17,555 nt of DNA from Thermodesulfovibrionales bacterium (GTDB lineage: Bacteria > Nitrospirota > Thermodesulfovibrionia > Thermodesulfovibrionales > SM23-35), in NCBI GenBank assembly GCA_963715195.1, contig CAVQRT010000028.1:1-17555 (forward strand), written 5' to 3'. Below the pieces are notes generated by a model, which was not told where the DNA came from, made no database searches, and saw only the letters and a program-made list of their open reading frames with translations. A program made the position numbers and the translations under genes. Of this stretch, positions 7,921 through 15,613 are shown piece by piece (within the stretch, counting starts at the first letter, position 1; each line of letters starts with the position of its first letter).

Positions 7921-8082
7921 GCACCTTTCTTTTCCCACAAAAGAAAGGTGCCAAAGAAAGTGGCCCTGGAGATTTCCGGGCGGTGAATCACTGTACGGAA
8001 AGGGAGTGAATGGAACTCGCTGCTGCTCAGACAGCCATTCACTCTTTATCCTTTCCGTTTCGTTCATCACCTGAAATCTCCA
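7921..8082. repeat. Structured element: 13-bp hairpin plus long nested stem-loop (MITE/REP-like or ncRNA)
   Basis: GCACCTTTCTTTT/AAAAGAAAGGTGC, then nested pairs TGGAGATTTC/GAAATCTCCA, ACGGAAAGG/CCTTTCCGT and GAGTGAATGG/CCATTCACTC. Confidence 0.75.
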
Positions 8083-8127
8083 CATGGGAATTATTGAGAG
8101 AAAAGTGAGGAGCTAAGAGCGAAAGAT

Positions 8128-8231
8128 AGATTGCTGCGTCGTCTGCCTCTGGCAGACTCCTCGCAATGACGAATCTGTTGAGACCTGACCCCATGTTGTC
8201 ACTGGATTCTCCGATCAAGTCGGAGAATGAC
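8128..8231. repeat. Mosaic of three REP-like units
   Basis: AGATTGC...GTCTGCC-tct-GGCAGAC...TCCTCGCAATGAC (8128-8170), TGTTGAGACCTGACCCCATGTTGTCAC (8176-8202) and TGGATTCTCCGATCAAGTCGGAGAATGAC (8203-8231). Confidence 0.8.
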
Positions 8232-8298
8232 GAATTAAAAAAACGGAAGACAGGTTAGTAGGCGAATGACGCAGAAAAAAAGTGGGACAAAAATCGGA

Positions 8299-8766
8299 TC
8301 AGAAAATATTCGTGAGCCTCTCGGTCGCCTTGCGGAGGCGGAGGGAAAGGATCCGTATAAAGCCTTTTAGGATTTTTATCCCGATGTACGGATGCTTTTG
8401 TATGAGATCGTCCAGAGAAGAATTCCTCAGAATCAGGAGCGTGGTCTCCTCTGCGGTCTCGACGGTAGCGGAGCGTTTGCTCTGGTCAAAGAGGGATAGT
8501 TCACCCACCATCGCCCCTTTGGTCAGCAGTGCCAGGATGATCTGGTTCCCCTTGAACTCGGTCTGTTTCTTTACCTCGAGTTTTCCGGAGAGGACGAAAC
8601 AGATGAAATCGCCCTGTTCGTTTTCCTTGAAAATAAGGGTGTTCGCAGGATGCTGCACCAGTTCGAAAAAAGGCGCGGCAAGCGGCAGGTCCTCTTCTTC
8701 GAGAAAATAAAATACCTTGTCTTCCCTGAGTTCCCGCAGTATCTGTATAATCTTGTCTTCGGTCAT
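8299..8766 (-). CDS. Stand-alone cyclic-nucleotide-binding domain protein
   Basis: IFKENEQGD, FVLSGKLEV, VGELSLFD and RSATVET (cNMP cassette). The protein ends at RLRKATERL with no HTH. Confidence 0.92.
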   Translation of the reverse strand: MTEDKIIQILRELREDKVFYFLEEEDLPLAAPFFELVQHPANTLIFKENEQGDFICFVLSGKLEVKKQTEFKGNQIILALLTKGAMVGELSLFDQSKRSATVETAEETTLLILRNSSLDDLIQKHPYIGIKILKGFIRILSLRLRKATERLTNIF

Positions 8767-8845
8767 TGCATCGCCTGTCTTTCCGTTTGCACTTTGTTCC
8801 GTACCCGCGCTCTTATGTGAAAGAACTCTTTACCGGGAGATGTGC

Positions 8846-9475
8846 CTATGTAAGTTTCTTCTTCTCCTCGACTAGCTTCTCTTTCATTTTCTTCATAAGG
8901 CTCGCGAAAGATTCGCTTGTGATTATTTTGTTGTACTGGCTTCTGTAAGTGCTGATGAAGCTAACCCCTTCAATGACTACATCATAGACCAGCCATGTTT
9001 TCTTTTTCATGATAAGCTTGTAGTCTATCGGGATCGAGACACTCGAGGTGACGATGGATGTCTTCACGAGGGCGTATTTTCCCTTGCCCTTTATTTGTTC
9101 CTTGTCGTACGTCACTTTTTCGTTCGTGTACCCTTCAATTTTACCGATATAGGAATATTCCAGCAGATCAGAGAAGACAGAGATGAAGTCTTCCTTTTCC
9201 TGTGCGGTCCGTTTGCCCCAGTGGGTTGCGAGGGTACGCCTTGCCATTTCCTCGAAGTCAAAGCGGTCCCTTATCAGTCCTCTGATTTTTGCCCGTCTCT
9301 TCTCCTTGTTCGCCGGCAGCGAGAGGTTCTTGTCCTTGAGCGTCTCAAGCACACCGTCGACGGTCACTTGTATTGCATTGGTTGCATTATCTGCAGACGC
9401 TGCAGAAGCCATAAAAAAAGTAAAAAGAAGGATGACTGCGATGCCATGGATGCATGAGATGCTCTTATTTTTCAT
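8846..9475 (-). CDS. mlaC: Phospholipid-binding periplasmic protein MlaC/Ttg2D
   Basis: Signal peptide, RFDFEEMARRTLATHW and WLVYDVVIEGVSFISTYRSQY. Operon context supports the call. Confidence 0.93.
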   Translation of the reverse strand: MKNKSISCIHGIAVILLFTFFMASAASADNATNAIQVTVDGVLETLKDKNLSLPANKEKRRAKIRGLIRDRFDFEEMARRTLATHWGKRTAQEKEDFISVFSDLLEYSYIGKIEGYTNEKVTYDKEQIKGKGKYALVKTSIVTSSVSIPIDYKLIMKKKTWLVYDVVIEGVSFISTYRSQYNKIITSESFASLMKKMKEKLVEEKKKLT

Positions 9476-9563
9476 CGTTTCCTCCCATATGGTGGTCTTT
9501 TAAAGCATGTGCCGGAAATGCCTGCTGCGTTGTACTAGCTATATTATATGAAATTGTAAAGTT

Positions 9564-10004
9564 TTATTCCTTTTCGAAGATGTATTTGCTCACCAGCTCC
9601 TCTATGTCGATCGTTGATTCTGTTTCGATGATCTCGTCGTTCGCCGCAAGGTAGTCTTCGGCCCCCCCGGGCTTGATCTTGATATACTTGTCACCGATGA
9701 TGCCAGAGGTCCTGACCGAAGCAATTGAATCTTCCTGGATCTTCACGTCGGGGTTTATCAGGAGCTCTACAAATGCCTGGTAGTTGTCGAGATGAATGCT
9801 CGAGACTTTCCCGACCTTTACCCCTGCGATCTCGACCTCGGCTCCTTCTTTCAGTCCAGAAATATTCGCAAACGTGGCTGTCAAAGGATACTGTTTCGTG
9901 CCGAAGAGGTTTACATCCCCGAGCTTTACGGAAAGATACGCGAGGCAAAGGATCCCTGCGATCATGAATAATCCGACAAACGTTTCAGTGCTGATTTTAT
10001 TCAT
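9564..10004 (-). CDS. mlaD: MCE-domain protein MlaD
   Basis: ETFVGLF TM anchor, FANISGLKEGAEVEIAGVKVGKV and TSGIIGDKYI. Confidence 0.95.
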   Translation of the reverse strand: MNKISTETFVGLFMIAGILCLAYLSVKLGDVNLFGTKQYPLTATFANISGLKEGAEVEIAGVKVGKVSSIHLDNYQAFVELLINPDVKIQEDSIASVRTSGIIGDKYIKIKPGGAEDYLAANDEIIETESTIDIEELVSKYIFEKE

Positions 10005-10006
10005 CG

Positions 10007-10780
10007 TTATCCCTCCACTTCTTCGCTTTCATAAATTTGTCCCATTGTCTTTTTTACAAATTTTCTTATCGCCGGATTTTCAGAGGTCTGGAAGTCTTCC
10101 GGAGACAGGCTGTCCTGGATCAAGCCCTCAAAGAGCAGGGCCACATAGTCAGCGAGCTTGAATATCTTCGGCACGTCGTGGCTTACGATTACCGCGGTAT
10201 ATCCCAGCGCTGTCTGTGTCCTGAAGAAGACGCGGTACATTTCGTTGCTCAGCGCGATATCGAGGCCTGTGGTCGGTTCGTCAAAGAATACGATCTGCGG
10301 GTTCAGCACAAGGGCCCTTGCAAGGCCTACCCTCTTTCTCATCCCGCCGCTGAGCTGAGCCGGATACTTGTCGTTGCTCCCCGGGAGGTTGATCATGTCC
10401 AGCTTTTCGTTCACGATTTCACTGATCTTGCTCTCATTGTACTTTGTGCGCTCCCGCAGGGGCAGGGCAACATTGTCGAAGACTGTCATCGAATCGAAAA
10501 GGGCGGCATTCTGGAAAAGCACGCCGAAATGAGAGCGGATCTCCTTCAGTTCCTTTTTGCTTATCCTGTTGATATCCTTGCCGTACACAAGCACCTGCCC
10601 GCTGTCGGGTTGCATCAGCCCGAGGATATGTTTTGTGATGAGGCTTTTTCCCTGGCCGCTCTCGCCGACGATTACCGTGGTATTGCCTTCGTAAAGGGAG
10701 AGGTTGACCCCTTTCAGCACCTCCTGTGAGCCGAACTTTTTCTTGACGTCGATGAGCTGTATGATCGGTTGTGCGCTCAT
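10007..10780 (-). CDS. mlaF: ABC transporter ATP-binding protein MlaF
   Basis: GESGQGKS, LFQNAALFDSMTVFDNVA, LSGGMRKRVGLARAL, FFDEPTTGLD and VSHD. ATGA overlap with mlaE. Confidence 0.95.
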   Translation of the reverse strand: MSAQPIIQLIDVKKKFGSQEVLKGVNLSLYEGNTTVIVGESGQGKSLITKHILGLMQPDSGQVLVYGKDINRISKKELKEIRSHFGVLFQNAALFDSMTVFDNVALPLRERTKYNESKISEIVNEKLDMINLPGSNDKYPAQLSGGMRKRVGLARALVLNPQIVFFDEPTTGLDIALSNEMYRVFFRTQTALGYTAVIVSHDVPKIFKLADYVALLFEGLIQDSLSPEDFQTSENPAIRKFVKKTMGQIYESEEVEG

Positions 10781-11574
10781 ATCATCAATGAGGTGATTAT
10801 GTAGTCAAAGACGAGCACAGACACGGATGTCATCACTACCGCATTGGTCGTGACCCTGCTGACACCCTCAGCCCCGAACCCGCCTTTTCTTTCGAGGTGT
10901 ACGAAATAGCCCTTCGCGGCACAGATCCAGACTATCAGCAGCCCGAAACAGAGGGACTTTATGATCCCCATGTAGACGTCCTGGAATTCAACCTCCTTGT
11001 ACATGCTTGCAAAATAGGCCCCCTCGTTTGATCCCATCAGGCCGACCCCGACCAGGTACCCTCCGAAGATGCCGACGACGTTGAAGACCGCGGTCAGCAG
11101 CGGCAAGGAGAGGATCGAGGCGATAAACTTGGGTGCGACTATGTACTTGTGGGGGTCGATCGCCATGCACTCAAGGGCGTCAAGCTGTTCAGAGTTGCGC
11201 ATAATCCCGAGTTCCGCGCATATTGCCGAACCCGCCCTGCCGGTCACCATAAGGGCTGTCAGGACAGGGCCGAGCTCCCTGATGAGGCTAAGTGCAACCG
11301 CGGATCCAAGGAGCCCCTCGGCGCCGAATTTGCTGAGGGTGTTATGTCCCTGCAGACCGAGTACCATCCCCGTGAAGAGGCCGGTGAAGATGATCACGAA
11401 AATGGAGAGCGTCCCAATGTTGAATATCTGTTTCGTGATATGGGTGATTTTATAGTAAGGCGGCTTGAGAATGTTATAGAAGACAAGCACGAGAAATACC
11501 CCCATCCTGCCTGCCTGGTTGAGATAGTACAGGGCGATATCTCCAAATGTTTCAATGGCTTTGAGCAGTATCAT
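10777..11574 (-). CDS. mlaE: ABC transporter permease MlaE
   Basis: LIRELGPVLTALMVTGRAGSAICAELGIMRNSEQLDALECMAIDP and GAEGVSRVTTNAVV. Confidence 0.96.
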   Translation of the reverse strand: MILLKAIETFGDIALYYLNQAGRMGVFLVLVFYNILKPPYYKITHITKQIFNIGTLSIFVIIFTGLFTGMVLGLQGHNTLSKFGAEGLLGSAVALSLIRELGPVLTALMVTGRAGSAICAELGIMRNSEQLDALECMAIDPHKYIVAPKFIASILSLPLLTAVFNVVGIFGGYLVGVGLMGSNEGAYFASMYKEVEFQDVYMGIIKSLCFGLLIVWICAAKGYFVHLERKGGFGAEGVSRVTTNAVVMTSVSVLVFDYIITSLMI

Positions 11575-11706
11575 TCAATGTATCCGGAAAAAATTACCTA
11601 CTATTATACACGGAAAGAGAAAAATATCAGAAAAAAATATTCTGTCCGGAAGCCGGGGAGCAAAAGGGTGTTGAAAAGTCTTGCAGAGTCGGTAATAATG
11701 AATAAT

Positions 11707-13173
11707 ATGGAATTCTTGTGTGCAAAGGTGAAAACACGCGTTCATGCGGCGCTCTTCATTCTTGTGTGCATGTCCCTGATCATATACGGGTGTGCTACAA
11801 ATCCGGTGACCGGCGAGCGGGAGCTGATGTTCCTTTCAGAGAGTCAGGAGATCGAGATGGGCAGGGCATTCTATCCGAATGCCCTCTGGGGTGACGTAGG
11901 GGGTGGCGGCGAGTTCCGCGACGCACAACTGCAGTCATATCTGAAAAACATAATCCTAAGGATTCACAGTGTATCCCACAGGCCGAACCTGCCGGTAGAC
12001 TTTGCAGTGCAGAACAGTTCAATCCCGAACGCATGGGCAATCCCCGGCCATGTTGCGATCACGAGGGGGCTGCTCGCATCCCTTGAGAACGAGGCGGAGT
12101 TCGCGTTCGTCATGGGACATGAAATGGGGCATGTATCGGCACGGCACTCTGCACGTCAGATGACGTACAGCATGCTTCAGCAGATAGGGATCGGCGCAGC
12201 CGGGCTTGCGCTGAGCGGGACAGAGTACGCTGGGCTTGCCACGAATATCGGGGCTGTCGGAAGCAGTCTCCTGCTGCTGAAATACAGCAGGAGCGATGAA
12301 CTTGAAGCAGACAGGCTTGGTATCCAGTATATGGCCCGGCTCGGGTACAACCCGGACAACGCGGTGAGTGCCCACAGGCGTCTTGAGCAGGTATCGCGTG
12401 AATATGCGGAATCGATCGGCAGGAATTCGCCTGAAGGCGGATTCTTTGAGGAACTGCTCTCCACTCATCCGCGGACTTCTGTCAGAATCGAGGAAATACA
12501 GCGGTTGAGAAAGGAAATACCGCCTGTGAAGTATTCCGGGGACGGGACCGGGCGCGAGAGATTCCTGAAGATGACGGATGGGCTGAGACAGGCCAATTCA
12601 GTCTATCGGAACTATTACGACAAGGCGGTGCTGATGATGAAGGAGGACGGGAAGGGCGATTCGGAATCCCTCATTGCGAAGGCGCTCAGCGAAGACCCTG
12701 ATCAGGCGCCGTTCCATGCGCTGAGGGGGTTCATATTCCTGAAGGGAAAGGACTACCCAGGAGCAGAACGGAACTTCCATGCCGCGCTCGGGCGGGATGA
12801 TCGCTACGAGCCGGCTTACAGGGGATTGGGAATCGTAATGTATTCCAAAGGAGAATATTCACAAAGCACCGAATACCTGAAAAAGGCGCTCTCGATCTAT
12901 CCGAACGACGTGATCGCGCACTACTTCCTAGGAATGGGCGGATACCGTACACAACAGTACCGGAGCGCAATTCCTCATCTCCTCCTTTTTTCGGAAGTCC
13001 AGCCGGAGCATCCGGAAATACACGGGATTCTCGGCCAATGCTACGAATCTGTGAGGGATATCTCCTCGGCTTACAGCCACTACGTCATGCAGGTGCGCGT
13101 AAATCCGGGGAATGAGATGGGAAGGTATGCTTCGTCAAGGATTTCGGTGCTGAAACCGATGATTAAGAAGTAG
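11707..13173 (+). CDS. M48-family metalloprotease lipoprotein with C-terminal TPRs (BepA/LoiP-like)
   Basis: Lipobox IYG-C followed by ATNPVTGERELM, PNAWAIPGH, HEMGH (HExxH), YSRSDELEAD, LSTHP and TPR-like helices. The start is ATG 11698, ATG 11707 or GTG 11728, not 11149. Confidence 0.92.
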   Translation: MEFLCAKVKTRVHAALFILVCMSLIIYGCATNPVTGERELMFLSESQEIEMGRAFYPNALWGDVGGGGEFRDAQLQSYLKNIILRIHSVSHRPNLPVDFAVQNSSIPNAWAIPGHVAITRGLLASLENEAEFAFVMGHEMGHVSARHSARQMTYSMLQQIGIGAAGLALSGTEYAGLATNIGAVGSSLLLLKYSRSDELEADRLGIQYMARLGYNPDNAVSAHRRLEQVSREYAESIGRNSPEGGFFEELLSTHPRTSVRIEEIQRLRKEIPPVKYSGDGTGRERFLKMTDGLRQANSVYRNYYDKAVLMMKEDGKGDSESLIAKALSEDPDQAPFHALRGFIFLKGKDYPGAERNFHAALGRDDRYEPAYRGLGIVMYSKGEYSQSTEYLKKALSIYPNDVIAHYFLGMGGYRTQQYRSAIPHLLLFSEVQPEHPEIHGILGQCYESVRDISSAYSHYVMQVRVNPGNEMGRYASSRISVLKPMIKK

Positions 13174-13239
13174 GGTCTCTTTTATACAGCTGCGTAACCT
13201 CACCTGACAGTGTTCTCGCCTGCCCGACGATATTTTCCC

Positions 13240-13302
13240 GTCATTCCCGCGTAGGCGGGAATCCATTTTTAACGAAAGTGGATCCTCCGGTCAAGCCGTG
13301 AC
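13240..13302. repeat. REP-like doublet
   Basis: GTCATTCCCGCGTAGGCGGGAATCCAT (13240-13266) followed by TGGATCCTCCGGTCAAGCCGTGAC (13279-13302), a degenerate version of 8203-8231. Confidence 0.85.
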
Positions 13303-13307
13303 AACAT

Positions 13308-13392
13308 GGGGTCAGGTCTCAACATTTGACATTCATATCCATAACTACTCCCTTATTCACAATCGAATGTCAAATGTTGAGACACCGACCCC
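13308..13392. mobile_element. 85-bp non-autonomous inverted-repeat element (REPIN/MITE-like)
   Basis: GGGGTCAGGTCTCAACATTTGACATTC, a 30-nt spacer, then GAATGTCAAATGTTGAGACACCGACCCC. The perfect core stem is 19 bp. Confidence 0.7.
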
Positions 13393-13417
13393 TACAGAGC
13401 TGGAAACTTGCTTTACA

Positions 13418-13451
13418 CGCAATGACGAATACCCGTTGTCATTGCGAGGAG
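13418..13451. repeat. REP-like ends in inverted orientation
   Basis: CGCAATGAC-11 nt-GTCATTGCGAGGAG. The right part is the reverse complement of 8157-8170. Confidence 0.65.
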
Positions 13452-13573
13452 TTTATCCGCCTGAAGTGCACAAACAATGAGAGACATACGAAAATAAGGC
13501 TGAGATGTGGAAATTTGCAGAAAATGCTCAAGTACAGTGATTATGCGGGAGAAAAAAATTTACAGGAGAAAGT

Positions 13574-13610
13574 TCGTCCCCTCATAGGGAAATAGGCTAT
13601 GAGGGGACGA
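13574..13610 (-). terminator. Terminator hairpin after the H1-like gene
   Basis: TCGTCCCCTCATAG/CTATGAGGGGACGA perfect 14-bp stem, 10 nt past the stop codon. Confidence 0.75.
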
Positions 13611-13620
13611 TTCCGGCTTA

Positions 13621-13854
13621 TTACCCAAGTTGCTTTTTTATAGATTTGGCGGTCTTTGCAACTTTCTTCTTTGCAGTTTTTATCTTTTTTGCGACTGTTT
13701 TCTTGACTGATTTGGCGGTTTTCGCCATCTTTTTCTCAACCTTCTTCTTTGTGGACTTTGCCTTTTTTTCAACCTGTTTCTTTGTTGCCTTTGCTGCCTT
13801 GGTGACCTTCTTCTTTGCTGTTTTTACGCTCTTTTCAAGCTTTTTTACGGCCAT
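13621..13854 (-). CDS. Small Lys/Ala-rich histone H1-like protein (77 aa)
   Basis: MAVKKLEKSVKTAKKKVTKAAKATKK... with a GGAGGAGG RBS before ATG 13854, plus its own promoter and terminator. Confidence 0.8.
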   Translation of the reverse strand: MAVKKLEKSVKTAKKKVTKAAKATKKQVEKKAKSTKKKVEKKMAKTAKSVKKTVAKKIKTAKKKVAKTAKSIKKQLG

Positions 13855-13899
13855 TTCCTCCTCCTTTTTTGCGAGATTACATTCCCGAATAACTGCAAA

Positions 13900-13928
13900 A
13901 TCGTACCAAACAGCACGTATATTGTCAA
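13900..13928 (-). promoter_or_regulatory. Near-consensus sigma70 promoter for the H1-like gene
   Basis: TTGACA (13928-13923), 17-bp spacer, TACGAT (13905-13900) with an extended TGn. Confidence 0.75.
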
Positions 13929-14072
13929 CATACGACACTGTTTTTTTTTATCTGCTATGGCTATAATATAAACAGTAAAGACGTGAGCTTGTATTGTAAT
14001 AAATATATTATTTATTTAAAATAGTAAATAAATAGAAAAACTAAAATAAAAATTCCCGGAAGGAGGCAGGTC

Positions 14073-14723
14073 ATGAAACGAATCACATGTGCCCTCATCA
14101 TAATGCTTGGAATACTGATGGTATGGGCTCCCCAAAGCCAGGCAGACGGTACCTTCAAATTCAAGGAGACATACAAGCAGAAAGTGGTATGGGACACCTG
14201 GTTTGACTGGTGGACGACGATGGACTTTGGACAGATCAAGATCAATGCGAAAGTACCGATTACAGAGGCTGACATAAGCCAATTTGACAAGAAGACTGTT
14301 GTATGGATCACTGTCGGGGACGACGAATACGGGACACGCTTCTCCTTTTATTCAGACCTTGGAGAAGGAGGCTACGGGGCAGGCGGCAACAGCGCCTACT
14401 ACAGCTTTTCCGAGGTGGACTGGGAGGGCAGGAGGCATGAGTATCTCTGGATAACCCTCAAATGGAACAAGAAGTGGCTGAAGGTGAAGATCGCGGGCAT
14501 CACGGAGCCTTACGGTTTTTTGAGCTCGATTCTCGCGTATGACTACTACTGGGAGGACTATGTCGGGGGCATCTCAAAGGACCTCTGGGCAAACATCACG
14601 ATCGGGGATACATCACAGGATTTTTACATGAACTGCACGGGGATCTCCAAAATGAAAACAAAGAAGAAGTCATGGGACGAATTTGACGTGTATAATGTCA
14701 AGGTGAGCGGCACCGGGTATTAA
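14073..14723 (+). CDS. Hypothetical secreted, aromatic-rich, probably beta-rich protein
   Basis: AGGAGG RBS, signal peptide MKRITCALIIMLGILMVWAPQSQA, 216 aa, followed by a terminator. Confidence 0.85.
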   Translation: MKRITCALIIMLGILMVWAPQSQADGTFKFKETYKQKVVWDTWFDWWTTMDFGQIKINAKVPITEADISQFDKKTVVWITVGDDEYGTRFSFYSDLGEGGYGAGGNSAYYSFSEVDWEGRRHEYLWITLKWNKKWLKVKIAGITEPYGFLSSILAYDYYWEDYVGGISKDLWANITIGDTSQDFYMNCTGISKMKTKKKSWDEFDVYNVKVSGTGY

Positions 14724-14771
14724 TTTCCCCGGTTTTTCCGGGAAGGTGTGTGTAGTATCAAGACAGATCAG

Positions 14772-14804
14772 GGCGGGAGACAGGGTCTCCCGCCTTTTTA
14801 TTTT
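14772..14804 (+). terminator. Rho-independent terminator
   Basis: GGCGGGAGAC-aggg-TCTCCCGCC followed by TTTTTATTTT. Confidence 0.88.
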
Positions 14805-15063
14805 GCCTAATACATGGATTTGCAACATGCAGATGCTATGAAGCATATTTCTCGAAACGTTAGCCCAAGTTGTTATTCACATTATTTTAGTAGTGGCAGG
14901 ATATAGTATGTTCGCTCATTCTCGGTCTTCGACCTCCGAGGGATTTTGCCTCTTTAGTTATGATGTATTATGTGAATGTCTACCGGCAAAATAAATCCGC
15001 TTACACCCTCTATCGTGCCAGGACGAGGGAAATTTATGAGCAAATGGGTTTCTGCCACTACAC

Positions 15064-15190
15064 GTCATTCCCGCAAAGGCGGGAATCCATTTTTAGTGAA
15101 CAGTGACTGCCCAGAAGAAGAACTCTATAGGAGGGGAGTGCGCATAACGACGAGATTGCCACGCCTGCCCGTGTCAGGCTTGCGATGATG
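15064..15190. repeat. REP-like units
   Basis: GTCATTCCCGCAAAGGCGGGAATCCAT (15064-15090) and degenerate GAGATTGCCACG...TTGCGATGAT (15152-15189). Confidence 0.8.
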
Positions 15191-15256
15191 GAAGGGTAAT
15201 GACAGACATATAACGAAGGTTGCTCTGTGACCAACCACAGGGCATAGTTAACTTCA

Positions 15257-15613
15257 TTGGAGAAGGCGAATATCACGCAGAAAATCTTGCGGAGGATGGC
15301 CCGTGAACACAAGACGGTCAAGGCCATGATCCGTCTTTTTTGTACTGGCAATCATGGCACACACGACGGGCTCTGTCCTTCATGCAGAGAACTGCGCGAA
15401 TACGCCACCGCACGTCTTGATAAATGCCCCTTTAGGGAAAAGAAGACTACATGCGCAAAGTGCAGAGTACATTGCTATAAGCCCCTTATGAGAGAGAGAA
15501 TAAGGCAGGTCATGAGGTATGCGGGACCGCGGATGAGCTACAGGCATCCCCTGCTCGCGTTCTTCCACTTTGTTGACGGGATGAAAAAGGGCACCGGCAT
15601 ACAGAGCCGATGA
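15257..15613 (+). CDS. ygbA: YgbA-like 'nitrous oxide-stimulated promoter' family Cys-rich protein
   Basis: REHKTVKAMIRLFC, LCPSCRELREYA, RLDKCPF, CAKCRVHCYKP and VMRYAGPRM..RHP. The TTG start is uncertain. Confidence 0.88.
   Translation: MEKANITQKILRRMAREHKTVKAMIRLFCTGNHGTHDGLCPSCRELREYATARLDKCPFREKKTTCAKCRVHCYKPLMRERIRQVMRYAGPRMSYRHPLLAFFHFVDGMKKGTGIQSR

Noticed and set aside
7568..8042. Small ORFs in the repeat-rich spacer (also 13298-13595 and 14976-15188)
   Set aside because: They are translations of REP-like palindromes and low-complexity tracts.
7780..8270. CRISPR array or integron attC cassette array
   Set aside because: There are no regularly spaced identical direct repeats, no GTTRRRY/RYYYAAC-bounded cassettes, and no cas or integrase gene.
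11149..11697. N-terminal ~185 aa of the 674-aa ORF as a novel fusion or overlapping gene
   Set aside because: It is the open antisense frame of mlaE plus the intergenic region. The lipoprotein signal peptide starts near 11707-11728.
13855..13938. Longer 105-aa start for the H1-like protein
   Set aside because: The extension spans the predicted promoter, and the strong RBS points to ATG 13854.
13646..13966. Phe/Ala-rich 'membrane protein' on the plus strand
   Set aside because: It is the reverse complement of the Lys-rich gene, which has the promoter, RBS and terminator.
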